NCBI GenBank assembly: GCA_963735035.1
Contig: CAVTJJ010000004.1
Location: 1,088,001-1,152,000 of the forward strand
DNA: 64,000 nt
From: an uncultured candidate division Zixibacteria bacterium
GTDB lineage: Bacteria > Zixibacteria > MSB-5A5 > GN15 > FEB-12
Direction of reading: 5' to 3'
How positions within the stretch are numbered: the stretch's first letter is position 1; every line of letters begins with the position of its first letter. The notes under the pieces are model-generated. The model worked only from the letters and a program-made list of their open reading frames with translations. It was not told the origin of the DNA and made no database searches. The position numbers and the translations under genes were made by a program. This document shows, in pieces, positions 9,496 through 18,457 of this stretch.

Positions 9496-10679
9496 AACTA
9501 CTCTATTTCGACTGCTTCTCCGGCATCAGCGGGGACATGATTCTCGGCGCCTTGATCGACGCCGGTGTTTCTCTGGACAAGCTGAAAGCCGAACTGGCGA
9601 AACTCAATCTCGCCGGATTCTCCATCACGGCCGAGAAGTGTGTCAAGAACGGCATCTCCGGGACGAAGGTGACCGTCCACACCGAAGACCAGAAAGTGCA
9701 TCGCCACCTCAAACATATTCACGAGATAATTGAGCCGAGCGGGCTGTCTGATAAGGCGAAGAAGACCAGCCTCAGAGTATTTCAGACGCTGGCCGAAGCC
9801 GAAGCCAGGATTCACAACACCAGCCCCGAGAAAATTCATTTTCACGAAGTAGGTGCACTCGACGCGATAGTCGATGTGGTCGGTTCAGTGGTAGGGCTGC
9901 AACTTCTGGGCATTGATCAAGTGTGGGCCTCGCCGGTACATGTCGGGACCGGTTTTGTCGACTGCCAGCACGGCCGCATACCTTTGCCGGCACCGGCCAC
10001 AGTCGAAATCCTCAAGGGAACGCCAGTATATTCCACCGGCCTCGACGCCGAATTGGTCACACCTACGGGAGCGGCGTTACTGAAGACTCTGGCCGACAGT
10101 TTCGGGCCGTTGCCTCCGATGCAACTCGAGACTATCGGCTACGGTGCGGGCACACAGGACCTGCCCATTCCGAATCACCTTCGCGTCATAGTTGGAACGA
10201 CGCAAGGTCAATTCGAATTCGATCAGGTCGATTTGATCGAGACCAACATCGATGACATGCCGCCGGAACATCTCGACTACGTTGTCGAACGCTTGATGAA
10301 AGCCGGTGCGCTGGATGTCTCGATGACACCACTGATCATGAAGAAGAGCCGTCCGGCCGTCTGCCTGGGGGTGCTAGTCATGCCGCAGGATACATCGCGT
10401 CTCCTGACAATCATATTCTCAGAAACGACGACTCTGGGTGTGCGCATTCAGAAAGTAGAGCGACGGAAACTCCCGCGTGAGATACGTACGGTGAAGACAC
10501 GTTTCGGCGATATTAGGGTCAAAGTCTCGTGGCTTGAAGGTTCCGTCAGAGACATGTCTCCCGAATATGAAGATTGCCGTCGATTGGCCCTTGAACACAA
10601 TGTACCACTTCATGAGGTCTACCGGGCGGCTAGTCACGCAGCGGAGCAGGAATGGCCGGATGATTCGCGGAAAGGATAG
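9492..10679 (+). CDS. larC: Nickel insertase LarC (single uninterrupted ORF)
   Basis: YFDCFSGISGDMILGAL, HRHL, HFHEVGALDAIVDV, HGRIPLPAPAT, ELVTPTGAA, ETNIDD, MKKSRP, ETTTLGVR, PEYEDC. Confidence 0.95.
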   Translation: MKLLYFDCFSGISGDMILGALIDAGVSLDKLKAELAKLNLAGFSITAEKCVKNGISGTKVTVHTEDQKVHRHLKHIHEIIEPSGLSDKAKKTSLRVFQTLAEAEARIHNTSPEKIHFHEVGALDAIVDVVGSVVGLQLLGIDQVWASPVHVGTGFVDCQHGRIPLPAPATVEILKGTPVYSTGLDAELVTPTGAALLKTLADSFGPLPPMQLETIGYGAGTQDLPIPNHLRVIVGTTQGQFEFDQVDLIETNIDDMPPEHLDYVVERLMKAGALDVSMTPLIMKKSRPAVCLGVLVMPQDTSRLLTIIFSETTTLGVRIQKVERRKLPREIRTVKTRFGDIRVKVSWLEGSVRDMSPEYEDCRRLALEHNVPLHEVYRAASHAAEQEWPDDSRKG

Positions 10680-10683
10680 TCGG

Positions 10684-11584
10684 ATGATTCGCTTCGGTGT
10701 GGTGTTTGGATCAGTGTTCCTCTTGGGCGTGCTTCTCGTTGGATGCGGCGGAACAAAATCTTCTCAGGCCGATGATCTGACAGGATACTTCCCAGACAAG
10801 ATCGACGATAGTCTCCAGAAGACTTCCGAAATCCGTACTTTCGTGGGCGATTCGCTCTGGCAGTACATCGACGGTGGCGCCGAGCTCTATCACACCTACG
10901 GTTTCGTCAAGGTCTCCACCGCGGACTATCGAAGTGGTGGAACGGAACTAGTGCTCGATCTGTACCAGTTCAAGACTCCCGAAGGGGCTTACGGACTCTA
11001 CAGTGCGCTTCGGCCGGATGAGCCATCGCTGGTAACATTGGGGGTAGAAGGGTACGTCACCGGGGCGAGTCTCGAATTTGTTAGTGGTAACATCATGGCA
11101 CGAGTCATGGGGTATGAGGCAACAGAAGCGGTCGGGAAAGCGCTTCGCGCCCTGGCCGGACAGATGGCGAGACGTTCTCCCCGGGACCACCCAGCGCCCG
11201 GCGATGTTTTCACTCTTCCCAGACGATCATGTCGTGGCCAATACCGACAAGATCATTGGCGCTTCGTTCCTGGGGCAATCATTTTTCAACATGATCTACA
11301 CCCGCGACTATCAGTTTGAGAATGAAAAGCTGACGCTGTTTATGGTAACGGATACTGCAGGGGCGGCCTTCGCCAACTGGGTGTTGGCGACAAGCGATGC
11401 CGACAAGGCCGCCGGTAAGGCTACGGGATTGCCGTTCGACGAGAACTACTGTCTCCTGGTGGCCAATAATTTCTACGGCAAGGTTCTCGCCGGTCTACGA
11501 AACGGCAAACTCGCCGGAGTCGTAAACTACAGCGAGCTACATCGCGACTTCATAACTGCCTGGCTCAACAGCCTTACCAAGTAG
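10684..11584 (+). CDS. DUF6599-like lipoprotein (apparent +1 frameshift near 11170)
   Basis: Lipobox LLVGC; motifs LWQYIDGGAELY..YGF and LDLYQFKTPEGAYGLYS. Reading continues in the next frame (DVLPGTTQRPAMFSLFP...SFLGQSFF) to the stop at 11584. Confidence 0.7.
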
Positions 11585-11594
11585 AACTCGCTAA

Positions 11595-12830
11595 TCAACC
11601 GTAGATCAGCTTAAGCTCACCGATCTTTCTCGGAATATTCACCGAGTTTGCACACCGGGCGACACAGGTGTCGCACGATGAACAGGTCTTGACCGACCGG
11701 CGATTGTCTATTTCATCCAGAGTCTGACGTGCAAGCTGAAAGTCGGCGTACTGTACGGCATACATGTGTGTCCGCATCAGGCTGGGGACGTCGGCGTTGC
11801 GTGGACAACTGGCCAGGCACTTGCGGCATTGGCGGCAGAATTCCATACCGAGCGTGATCTGATTGTCGGCCAGAAAACGTGATTCCTCGTCGGTCAGATT
11901 CAGATTACTCGCAATGGGGAAATTGGCCCGAAGGTGATCGAAATTACCTGTGCCCGGAATCGCAGTGCCGACACTTTCATTTCGCAAGACCCATTTGAGG
12001 GCGGCTGAATTGACGACCGTGCCCGGGTACTGTCTGAGCGTTTCCGGATTGGGAAACCGCGCTCCTCCCGCCAGCACTTTCATCGCGATTATGCCCACAC
12101 CGTGCGACGCGGCGTTGGCGATCGCGCCCATCATGGCGGTGTCGGAAGCCATCGTGAAATTGAACGAAGTCAGGATGACATCGTAAATACCTGTCTCGAC
12201 CGCGGCGTTGATGACATTGGCCATGTCCTGATGAGTGGAGAGGCCGACAAACCGCGCCTTGCCTTCCTTCTTCAGCGCTACCAGGGCATCATTAGTGGCC
12301 TGATTCTTAACCGTGGCGGGCTCACGGACATCGTACAACTGCAGAACATCAACGTAGTCCATCTTCAATCGTTTCAGGCTGGCCTGCACGGATGTATCAA
12401 TGGCCGCCTTTACTTTTTCGGGGGCAGTGGCGTTGCGCTGTGGTGGGCCGAAAGCCTTGGTGACGATAATCACTTTGTCGCGAACTTTCATTTGCTGCAT
12501 GACCGCACCGATCATCTGCTCGTTGCGGCCGTAGGCGTAGGTGTCCGACGTATCAAACAGCCTCATGCCGGCGTCATAGCAGGCTTGCACCAATGTCGGG
12601 TCATTGCAGGCTCCCGCGCCCATGCTGACAATCGGCACTTCGATTCCGGACCGTCCCAGCTTGCGGGTGATTGTCTTGCCGGTCGTGGTTGATTTAGGTG
12701 CGGCTTTTTCTTCGGCCCGGACCAAACTGGGAGTGACGGTCGTAAGGCCGGCGGTCGCCAGACCGGCTGTCGCCAGGCTGGCGAGCGAAGTCGTTACAAA
12801 TTCTCTCCGACTGAATTCCTTGTTTTCCAT
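11595..12830 (-). CDS. Tat-exported aldo/keto reductase with C-terminal Fe-S domain
   Basis: SRREFV Tat motif; RKLGRSG..V..VSMG, FDTSDTY, SLKRLKMDYVD, GKARFVGLSTH, IAMKVLAGG; C-terminal CRQCRKCLASCP and CSSCDTCVARC. Confidence 0.88.
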   Translation of the reverse strand: MENKEFSRREFVTTSLASLATAGLATAGLTTVTPSLVRAEEKAAPKSTTTGKTITRKLGRSGIEVPIVSMGAGACNDPTLVQACYDAGMRLFDTSDTYAYGRNEQMIGAVMQQMKVRDKVIIVTKAFGPPQRNATAPEKVKAAIDTSVQASLKRLKMDYVDVLQLYDVREPATVKNQATNDALVALKKEGKARFVGLSTHQDMANVINAAVETGIYDVILTSFNFTMASDTAMMGAIANAASHGVGIIAMKVLAGGARFPNPETLRQYPGTVVNSAALKWVLRNESVGTAIPGTGNFDHLRANFPIASNLNLTDEESRFLADNQITLGMEFCRQCRKCLASCPRNADVPSLMRTHMYAVQYADFQLARQTLDEIDNRRSVKTCSSCDTCVARCANSVNIPRKIGELKLIYG

Positions 12831-12902
12831 TGTATTCAATAACTCCTTTCGGTCATTGGCAGCGTCGTTCGAAATTCTTCTTCGATGTTCAATCGGGAAA
12901 TC

Positions 12903-14528
12903 TCACTTGCTCTCACCTGCGGGTTTGCCCTGCGCGGCAATTTCCTGCTCGAGTCTTTGTATGTTGGCCGGGATGCTGGTCTCGAGTTGCGTGCGCATGG
13001 CCGGCATTAGCTGAGTGTCATTCGGCAAGATCTCCAGAGCTTTCCGGTAGTTAGCCAGGCCGGTTGCCAGATCGCCGCTGGCCGCGCAGGCTTCGCCGTA
13101 ACTGTCCCAGGCGTTGGCTGAAGTAGGCCAGGCGGCTACACCCCACGCGAAGATTTGCACCGCCGATGGCAGGTCGCCGCGCTGCAAGAACTGATAGCCC
13201 AGTTGGGTCCAGGCACCGTCGGCCAGAAGAGGTGTCTCCACAGTGGGAATCTTGAAACTCTCACACAACTCTCTGGCATGTGTAAGGCCGTGGGTTTGTA
13301 TTATATTGAGGAATTGATCTCCGGTCGGGGGGAGGTCCTCCGCATCCCTGCGATAAAACACAGTGCCCTCTCCGACCTGGCCTACGGAGCCGGGTCGAGG
13401 GCCCAACCAGTCAAGGCTGGCTTGATTATCGTTCAACGTGGCGTCGAAAAATCGCCGCAGGTACTCACCAAGGACGGCCTGCGCCTTACTTGCCTCCTCA
13501 ATCGTGCGAGTAGTGTCAATCCCAGCGACGGCGCTGATGATGCCATAGACGCTGAATTCGGCCGGTCTGACCGAAGGTACGTAGGCCGAATAGAGTCGGC
13601 AATAGCGCATCCCACCGTCTGGGTTCGGATCGGGATTTACCACAAATTGGCTTGGCCAGAGCTGAAGCCAGGGAACCCTCATGCGCTTTGGATCATAGCT
13701 GTTGCTCTTGTACAGAGCTGCCCACTCACCGTCACCTACAACTTCCTTACCATGGAGAGTTGCGACCGCATTAACCGCAAAATTCCGCATCTGATGGATA
13801 AATGCCGTAGTGACACCGTAGTTGTATCCGATCAAGCCCAGCTTTTCGGTATTTACGAATTCGAGGCCGCGCATGGTCGCGACCGCCTGCTCCTTGTCGC
13901 GTGTGACAGCTTCGACATCCGATGCTTGTTCGGTAGCGTTGACCGTCGCCCCGCCGACCGTGTGAGTCGTGGCCACTACAAACCCGTGAGTGGCCAGGTA
14001 CTCACAAAGCACTACGTTCTGGTTGTAACCGCCGTTCTCGCTCCCGTGATAAACTATCAGAGGGAAGACCCCTCTCGCCGGGGAAGCGTCACGGATAGCT
14101 CTCAATTCGTAATTCATAATTTGAGAGGCCAATCCCTGGTTGTTGCCGATCCTTGCATATATTGACCCTATGTCGCGATTTTGGAGACTTGACAGTAACG
14201 CGAAGAGTCTCGAATCGGCCGGATATGGGAATGAGTATTCTCCGTAGGTCATGGCCGTGCCGTTTGTGTCGACCGCCGGGTACCAATAACAAATCTGTAT
14301 CGGTCGGGCGGTTTCTCCTTCGATCGGAGTCCCGAAATAGTCTCGTGCCGGTTGAAAAGTCCGCGAGTAGTCAAAGAGCTCGATCGTTTTGAAGCCCACG
14401 CCGTACGGCCCCGGCTCCAATCCACCCCAGAGAGGCGGCTTCTCGCCAAACGTCGATGTCGCCGTCAGCAGGAACGCGAACCCAACGAGCAGCATCGTCT
14501 TACGAACGGTTGCAGTAGATTTGGTCAT
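12903..14528 (-). CDS. Secreted alpha/beta-hydrolase-fold protein with C-terminal TPR
   Basis: Signal peptide; PGPYGVGF, RPIQICYWYPA, FPLIVYHG, EYLATHGFVV; C-terminal TPR (LGYQFL...SANAWDSYGEA...NYRKALE). Confidence 0.75.
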   Translation of the reverse strand: MTKSTATVRKTMLLVGFAFLLTATSTFGEKPPLWGGLEPGPYGVGFKTIELFDYSRTFQPARDYFGTPIEGETARPIQICYWYPAVDTNGTAMTYGEYSFPYPADSRLFALLSSLQNRDIGSIYARIGNNQGLASQIMNYELRAIRDASPARGVFPLIVYHGSENGGYNQNVVLCEYLATHGFVVATTHTVGGATVNATEQASDVEAVTRDKEQAVATMRGLEFVNTEKLGLIGYNYGVTTAFIHQMRNFAVNAVATLHGKEVVGDGEWAALYKSNSYDPKRMRVPWLQLWPSQFVVNPDPNPDGGMRYCRLYSAYVPSVRPAEFSVYGIISAVAGIDTTRTIEEASKAQAVLGEYLRRFFDATLNDNQASLDWLGPRPGSVGQVGEGTVFYRRDAEDLPPTGDQFLNIIQTHGLTHARELCESFKIPTVETPLLADGAWTQLGYQFLQRGDLPSAVQIFAWGVAAWPTSANAWDSYGEACAASGDLATGLANYRKALEILPNDTQLMPAMRTQLETSIPANIQRLEQEIAAQGKPAGESK

Positions 14529-14615
14529 TTGTTTATCCAACCTGATTAAGGGTGCCCTATAGCAACTGAGACGGACGGAACGGACTTCCCGTGCAATCGT
14601 CGATCAGCAAATATA

Positions 14616-16985
14616 CTAATGCTTCGATTCCGAACGCCGCAGGTCTGAAAGCTCGTCATATTTCATAACCAGAGCCGTGGCAACGGTTTTCGTTAGACCA
14701 TTCTTTATCGCCAGACGATACGCTCGCACCGCCAATTCCCGCTGTTTTCTAAACGAGTAGCGGTCGCCCAGGAGCCGCAGTTCGTCGGCGGAAATGTCTT
14801 TCATAGATTCCAGCGCGTTCAAATAGACCACTGAACTGTCAATGCGACCCACAAACAACTGAATTGAGGCCAGTTCAATCAACGCCTCAGACTGCTTTGG
14901 ATCCATCTCAAGAGCTCTTTGAAGATACTTCTCGGCTGTGGCAAACGAAACGTTGGATCGAGCCTGATCCGTATTCACCTGGTCATAACCTTCACTCGCC
15001 CACGCCCGGCCCAGACGGCATAACACCAGCGGATCGTCCGGGTGCAAACTTACCGCTCTGGCAAGATAGTACCGCGACGAATCAGGGAAACTCAACTTCT
15101 CATAAGCGAACGCCATGTTGACGTAGACACGGGACTGCGTACTGTCCAGGCTCAACGCCTGTTTGAGCGGGGCAAGTGCCGAATCAGCTTTGTCGGTTCG
15201 CGTGAGACTTTCACCAATGCGGTTGAGCATTGAATAAGTGAACGGCTGCATCTTGCCGTGGACGATGCGATCGACCCAAAACTGTTCGGTTTCTTTGATT
15301 TCCTCAGTCGAGATTTCGTACTCGCGACGGATGAAGGCGGCCGACTGGTTCGCGACCATACCGTAGTTGAGCGAGAACGATTCCAGATACCACTGTGGCG
15401 GCATGCGGTCGTGAGCCATGTAGCGCATGTGGCGCGGACGCTCTGGATTGCGGGCGATGACATAATCGTTCAGCCCGAACGCATCTAGAATAGCCACCTT
15501 CGGAAACACCCAGCCCGGCACCCCGACCGATTGAAAGGCCGCGATCGGGTGCTCCCCGGCGCCCGGGGGTACATCCATCGACCGAGAGGGATAGTGCTGC
15601 ACCATGAATTCGTAAAAAACCTTGTGCTCCTGATGACGCATGCAGACGTGATGCTCAATCAACCAGAACTGCAGCTCGTCAAATGCGCTCGCGTACCAGC
15701 GGACCGGGGCCGGGAATTCCGGAGCGACTGGGACCCGCATGATCCAGGTATCTCCACGGCCGACATAATCCCGGGTCATAAGCCAGTGCGTCCATTGAAT
15801 AGGCCACGACAACACCACAAAGAACGCCAGCACACAGGCGGCGAGGTAGATGTCGGTGAAAAGTCGATTCAACAACCAGAGCGATGACAAGAATATCAGT
15901 GGAATGAGGTAGCTGAAGACACGGTATTCGAAATGGTCGCCGCCTATCAAGATTGTGTAATACCCTATGTGGGCCACGACAGTGCCAATGATAACCAGCA
16001 GAGCGAAGTGGCGACCAGATTCGCTTTCCTGTGGAGGAAACATCAGGCTGCGCAATGACCGCATCGGTCCAAGCAGCGACCTGCCTTCTCTCCGCTGTCT
16101 ACGGACCCACAGCGCAATTACCCACCCAAGCCCCAGCACCCAAACCCACAGACCGTACTCCAATATGAGTGACGCCAGATAGCGCCATCCGGACTCCGGC
16201 CAGGCAGCCAGATATTTGGCATAGTAGGTATTGGGCAGCCACTCTCCATAGAATGACCGCCGCCAAGCTAGATGAATCACCGGTATTATTACGGGCGAGA
16301 TCGAAATCAGTCGGGACGGCGCGAGCTGGCCCGCCCGCCTGAGTTCCACAAGGCGATGTATTACCAGTACGGCGGTGCTGAGAAGTATCAGCAGGCCGTC
16401 GGGACGGGTCAGATGCGTCAACGCGGCAATCGCTGTCAGTCCGAACAGCCAGAGACTTTCACGACGTTTCGGGAAGACCGCCACGAAGATCCAAAGCGTG
16501 ACGAAAAAATTAAACATCGCCGTTTCCAGGCCGGAACTGGTCCACGCCAGGAAGGTTCGATTGGTAAGTATCCCGAGTAACCCCAGCGACACGAGCAACA
16601 GGCGATAACGCGCCAGACGCTCGTTGAGCGATATCCGCATGAACATCCAAACCGTTAGGAACAGTGTGGCATAAGAAAATACTAGCGCCACGGTATTCGC
16701 GATAGAAGGCGGCTCGGTTCCGAACAGCCGCCAGATACCCTCCATCAGGACGACCCATAAGAAGCTGGTGTAACCTTCGACCGGCCGGAATGGTGGGGGA
16801 TTCCAGACATAACCGTAGCCGAGCAGACTGTTGCTGGCGTACCGGAAAGCAATCATGGCGTCATCGGTCATGAACCAGAAGAGCTTCCACCCCAGATAAA
16901 GTAGTACGGCAGCCAGGGCTACAATTATCGCCAACCAGATGGTTCTCGAATTGTCGCGCAGGCCAGGTTGTTCCGTCATAGTCAT
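14616..16985 (-). CDS. GT-C-type integral membrane glycosyltransferase (AftB-like DD-motif family) with C-terminal TPRs
   Basis: TDDAMIAFRYA.N...G.G.VWN...PVEGYTSFLW, SGLET, LTRPDG, YGEWLPNTYYAK, GGDHFEYR, ILDAFGLND; about 10 TM segments; TPR tail. Confidence 0.75.
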   Translation of the reverse strand: MTMTEQPGLRDNSRTIWLAIIVALAAVLLYLGWKLFWFMTDDAMIAFRYASNSLLGYGYVWNPPPFRPVEGYTSFLWVVLMEGIWRLFGTEPPSIANTVALVFSYATLFLTVWMFMRISLNERLARYRLLLVSLGLLGILTNRTFLAWTSSGLETAMFNFFVTLWIFVAVFPKRRESLWLFGLTAIAALTHLTRPDGLLILLSTAVLVIHRLVELRRAGQLAPSRLISISPVIIPVIHLAWRRSFYGEWLPNTYYAKYLAAWPESGWRYLASLILEYGLWVWVLGLGWVIALWVRRQRREGRSLLGPMRSLRSLMFPPQESESGRHFALLVIIGTVVAHIGYYTILIGGDHFEYRVFSYLIPLIFLSSLWLLNRLFTDIYLAACVLAFFVVLSWPIQWTHWLMTRDYVGRGDTWIMRVPVAPEFPAPVRWYASAFDELQFWLIEHHVCMRHQEHKVFYEFMVQHYPSRSMDVPPGAGEHPIAAFQSVGVPGWVFPKVAILDAFGLNDYVIARNPERPRHMRYMAHDRMPPQWYLESFSLNYGMVANQSAAFIRREYEISTEEIKETEQFWVDRIVHGKMQPFTYSMLNRIGESLTRTDKADSALAPLKQALSLDSTQSRVYVNMAFAYEKLSFPDSSRYYLARAVSLHPDDPLVLCRLGRAWASEGYDQVNTDQARSNVSFATAEKYLQRALEMDPKQSEALIELASIQLFVGRIDSSVVYLNALESMKDISADELRLLGDRYSFRKQRELAVRAYRLAIKNGLTKTVATALVMKYDELSDLRRSESKH

Positions 16986-17007
16986 TCCGGTTAGAATTCT
17001 TCGTCGG

Positions 17008-17036
17008 ATTATACTCATATCGGGGCTGGGGAGCAA
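17008..17036 (-). promoter_or_regulatory. sigma70-type promoter for the glycosyltransferase gene
   Basis: Minus strand TTGCTC-17 nt-TATAAT. Confidence 0.55.
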
Positions 17037-17116
17037 CCGGACTTACGGACCTTGCCAATCAGCCCATTTACACTTATGAATCTGGACGTGTGCCCGCCCG
17101 TTTAGTATTGTAGACC

Positions 17117-18310
17117 ATGCGCCACGCCGTACTGAATCGATTTCATCAGATACGACCCTCATGGGACGGGTCGATCACCGACCCTTTTCTAGTGCCCGAT
17201 ATCACGCCGTTGCATCGTTCGATTGACGGTTATGCGCCTACGCCGCTGATCGAATTGCCTTCCTTGGCTGAGCGTTTAGGTGTGAAGCGAATTCTCGTGA
17301 AAGATGAATCCCATCGATTCGGATTGAAAGCCTTCAAAGCCCTCGGAGCTTCTTACGCCGCCTATCGATTCGTGAGGGAATACCTCGAAAGCAAGGGACG
17401 GCGCTGTCCCGAAGCGAGTGAATTCTATCGCCAGGGCGGGGTCCTGGGCCCGTCGGAATTCACATACTGTACGGCAACCGACGGCAACCACGGCCGTGGG
17501 GTGGCCTGGACTGCGCGGCAGTTGGGACAGCAGGCGGTAATATATATGCCGGCTGGATCAGTCACGGCCAGGGTCGAAAATATCCGCCGGGAAGGTGCTC
17601 GCGTAGTTCTGGTAGATGGCACCTATGACGACGCGGTTCGACAGTGCGCCCACGATGCCCGGACCGAAGGCTGGCAGGTGATCTCCGATACTTCCTGGCC
17701 AGGATACGAACAGATCTCGCGCTGGATCATGGCCGGTTATCTGACTCTGTTCCGTGAGATTGAGGAAGTTCTTCCCGACGCCAAAGTCGATTGTGTCATA
17801 ATTCAAGGCGGGGTGGGGGCGTTGGCAGGAACGGCTGCGTGGTATATTCGTCAATCGTCACCCTGGCCCGAGGCGAAACTTGTCTCGGTTGAACCGGTCG
17901 AGGCGGCCTGCCTTCTGGAATCTATCGATTCGCCGACGGGCGAACCGGTACAAAGCAAAGGTCGACAGGACAGCATCATGGCCGGGCTCAATTGCGGGTA
18001 TCCGTCACCGGCGGCCTGGCCCCTTATTAAGCCGGCTTTTGACCTGTTTCTGGCTGTACTGGACGCGGCCTGTGTACGGGCCATGCGGCAGTACTTCTAC
18101 CCCGTGGACTCGGATCCGAGAATCATATCGGGCGAATCGGGAGCTGCCGGCCTGGCCGCGCTCATGAGTCTCATGCAGGACAAGGCGTTCGAGACTTCCC
18201 GAAAGCAGGTTCGGCTCGGTCCGGAATCCACCGTTCTGTTGGTCAACACCGAGGGAGATACCGATCCGGCCGGGTTTGAGGCCGTTGTAAAGTCTGGCGA
18301 TTCGTGGTGA
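17117..18310 (+). CDS. dpaL: Diaminopropionate ammonia-lyase (PLP-dependent)
   Basis: YAPTPL, KDESHRFGLKAFKALGASYA, ATDGNHGRGVAW, ISDTSWPGY, QGGVG, SIMAGLNCG, SGESGAAGL, NTEGDTDP. Confidence 0.92.
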   Translation: MRHAVLNRFHQIRPSWDGSITDPFLVPDITPLHRSIDGYAPTPLIELPSLAERLGVKRILVKDESHRFGLKAFKALGASYAAYRFVREYLESKGRRCPEASEFYRQGGVLGPSEFTYCTATDGNHGRGVAWTARQLGQQAVIYMPAGSVTARVENIRREGARVVLVDGTYDDAVRQCAHDARTEGWQVISDTSWPGYEQISRWIMAGYLTLFREIEEVLPDAKVDCVIIQGGVGALAGTAAWYIRQSSPWPEAKLVSVEPVEAACLLESIDSPTGEPVQSKGRQDSIMAGLNCGYPSPAAWPLIKPAFDLFLAVLDAACVRAMRQYFYPVDSDPRIISGESGAAGLAALMSLMQDKAFETSRKQVRLGPESTVLLVNTEGDTDPAGFEAVVKSGDSW

Positions 18311-18457
18311 CCGGGATATACAAGTGGGCAAAAATACCGCTTTTCAGGATCGAATAGCGGCTATATCCTTGGGCCATGTTCTACTCGTTCTACAAGAGGT
18401 TGGTCTCATCATTATGATCCGGGTTCCCGCAGCCGGGTCGCTTTATCCCAAGGAGTA

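Noticed and set aside
13155..14165. Long antisense ORFs (also 37651..38514, 38971..39762, 53851..54834, 18587..19366)
   Set aside because: Shadows of well-supported genes on the opposite strand, expected in GC-rich coding DNA.
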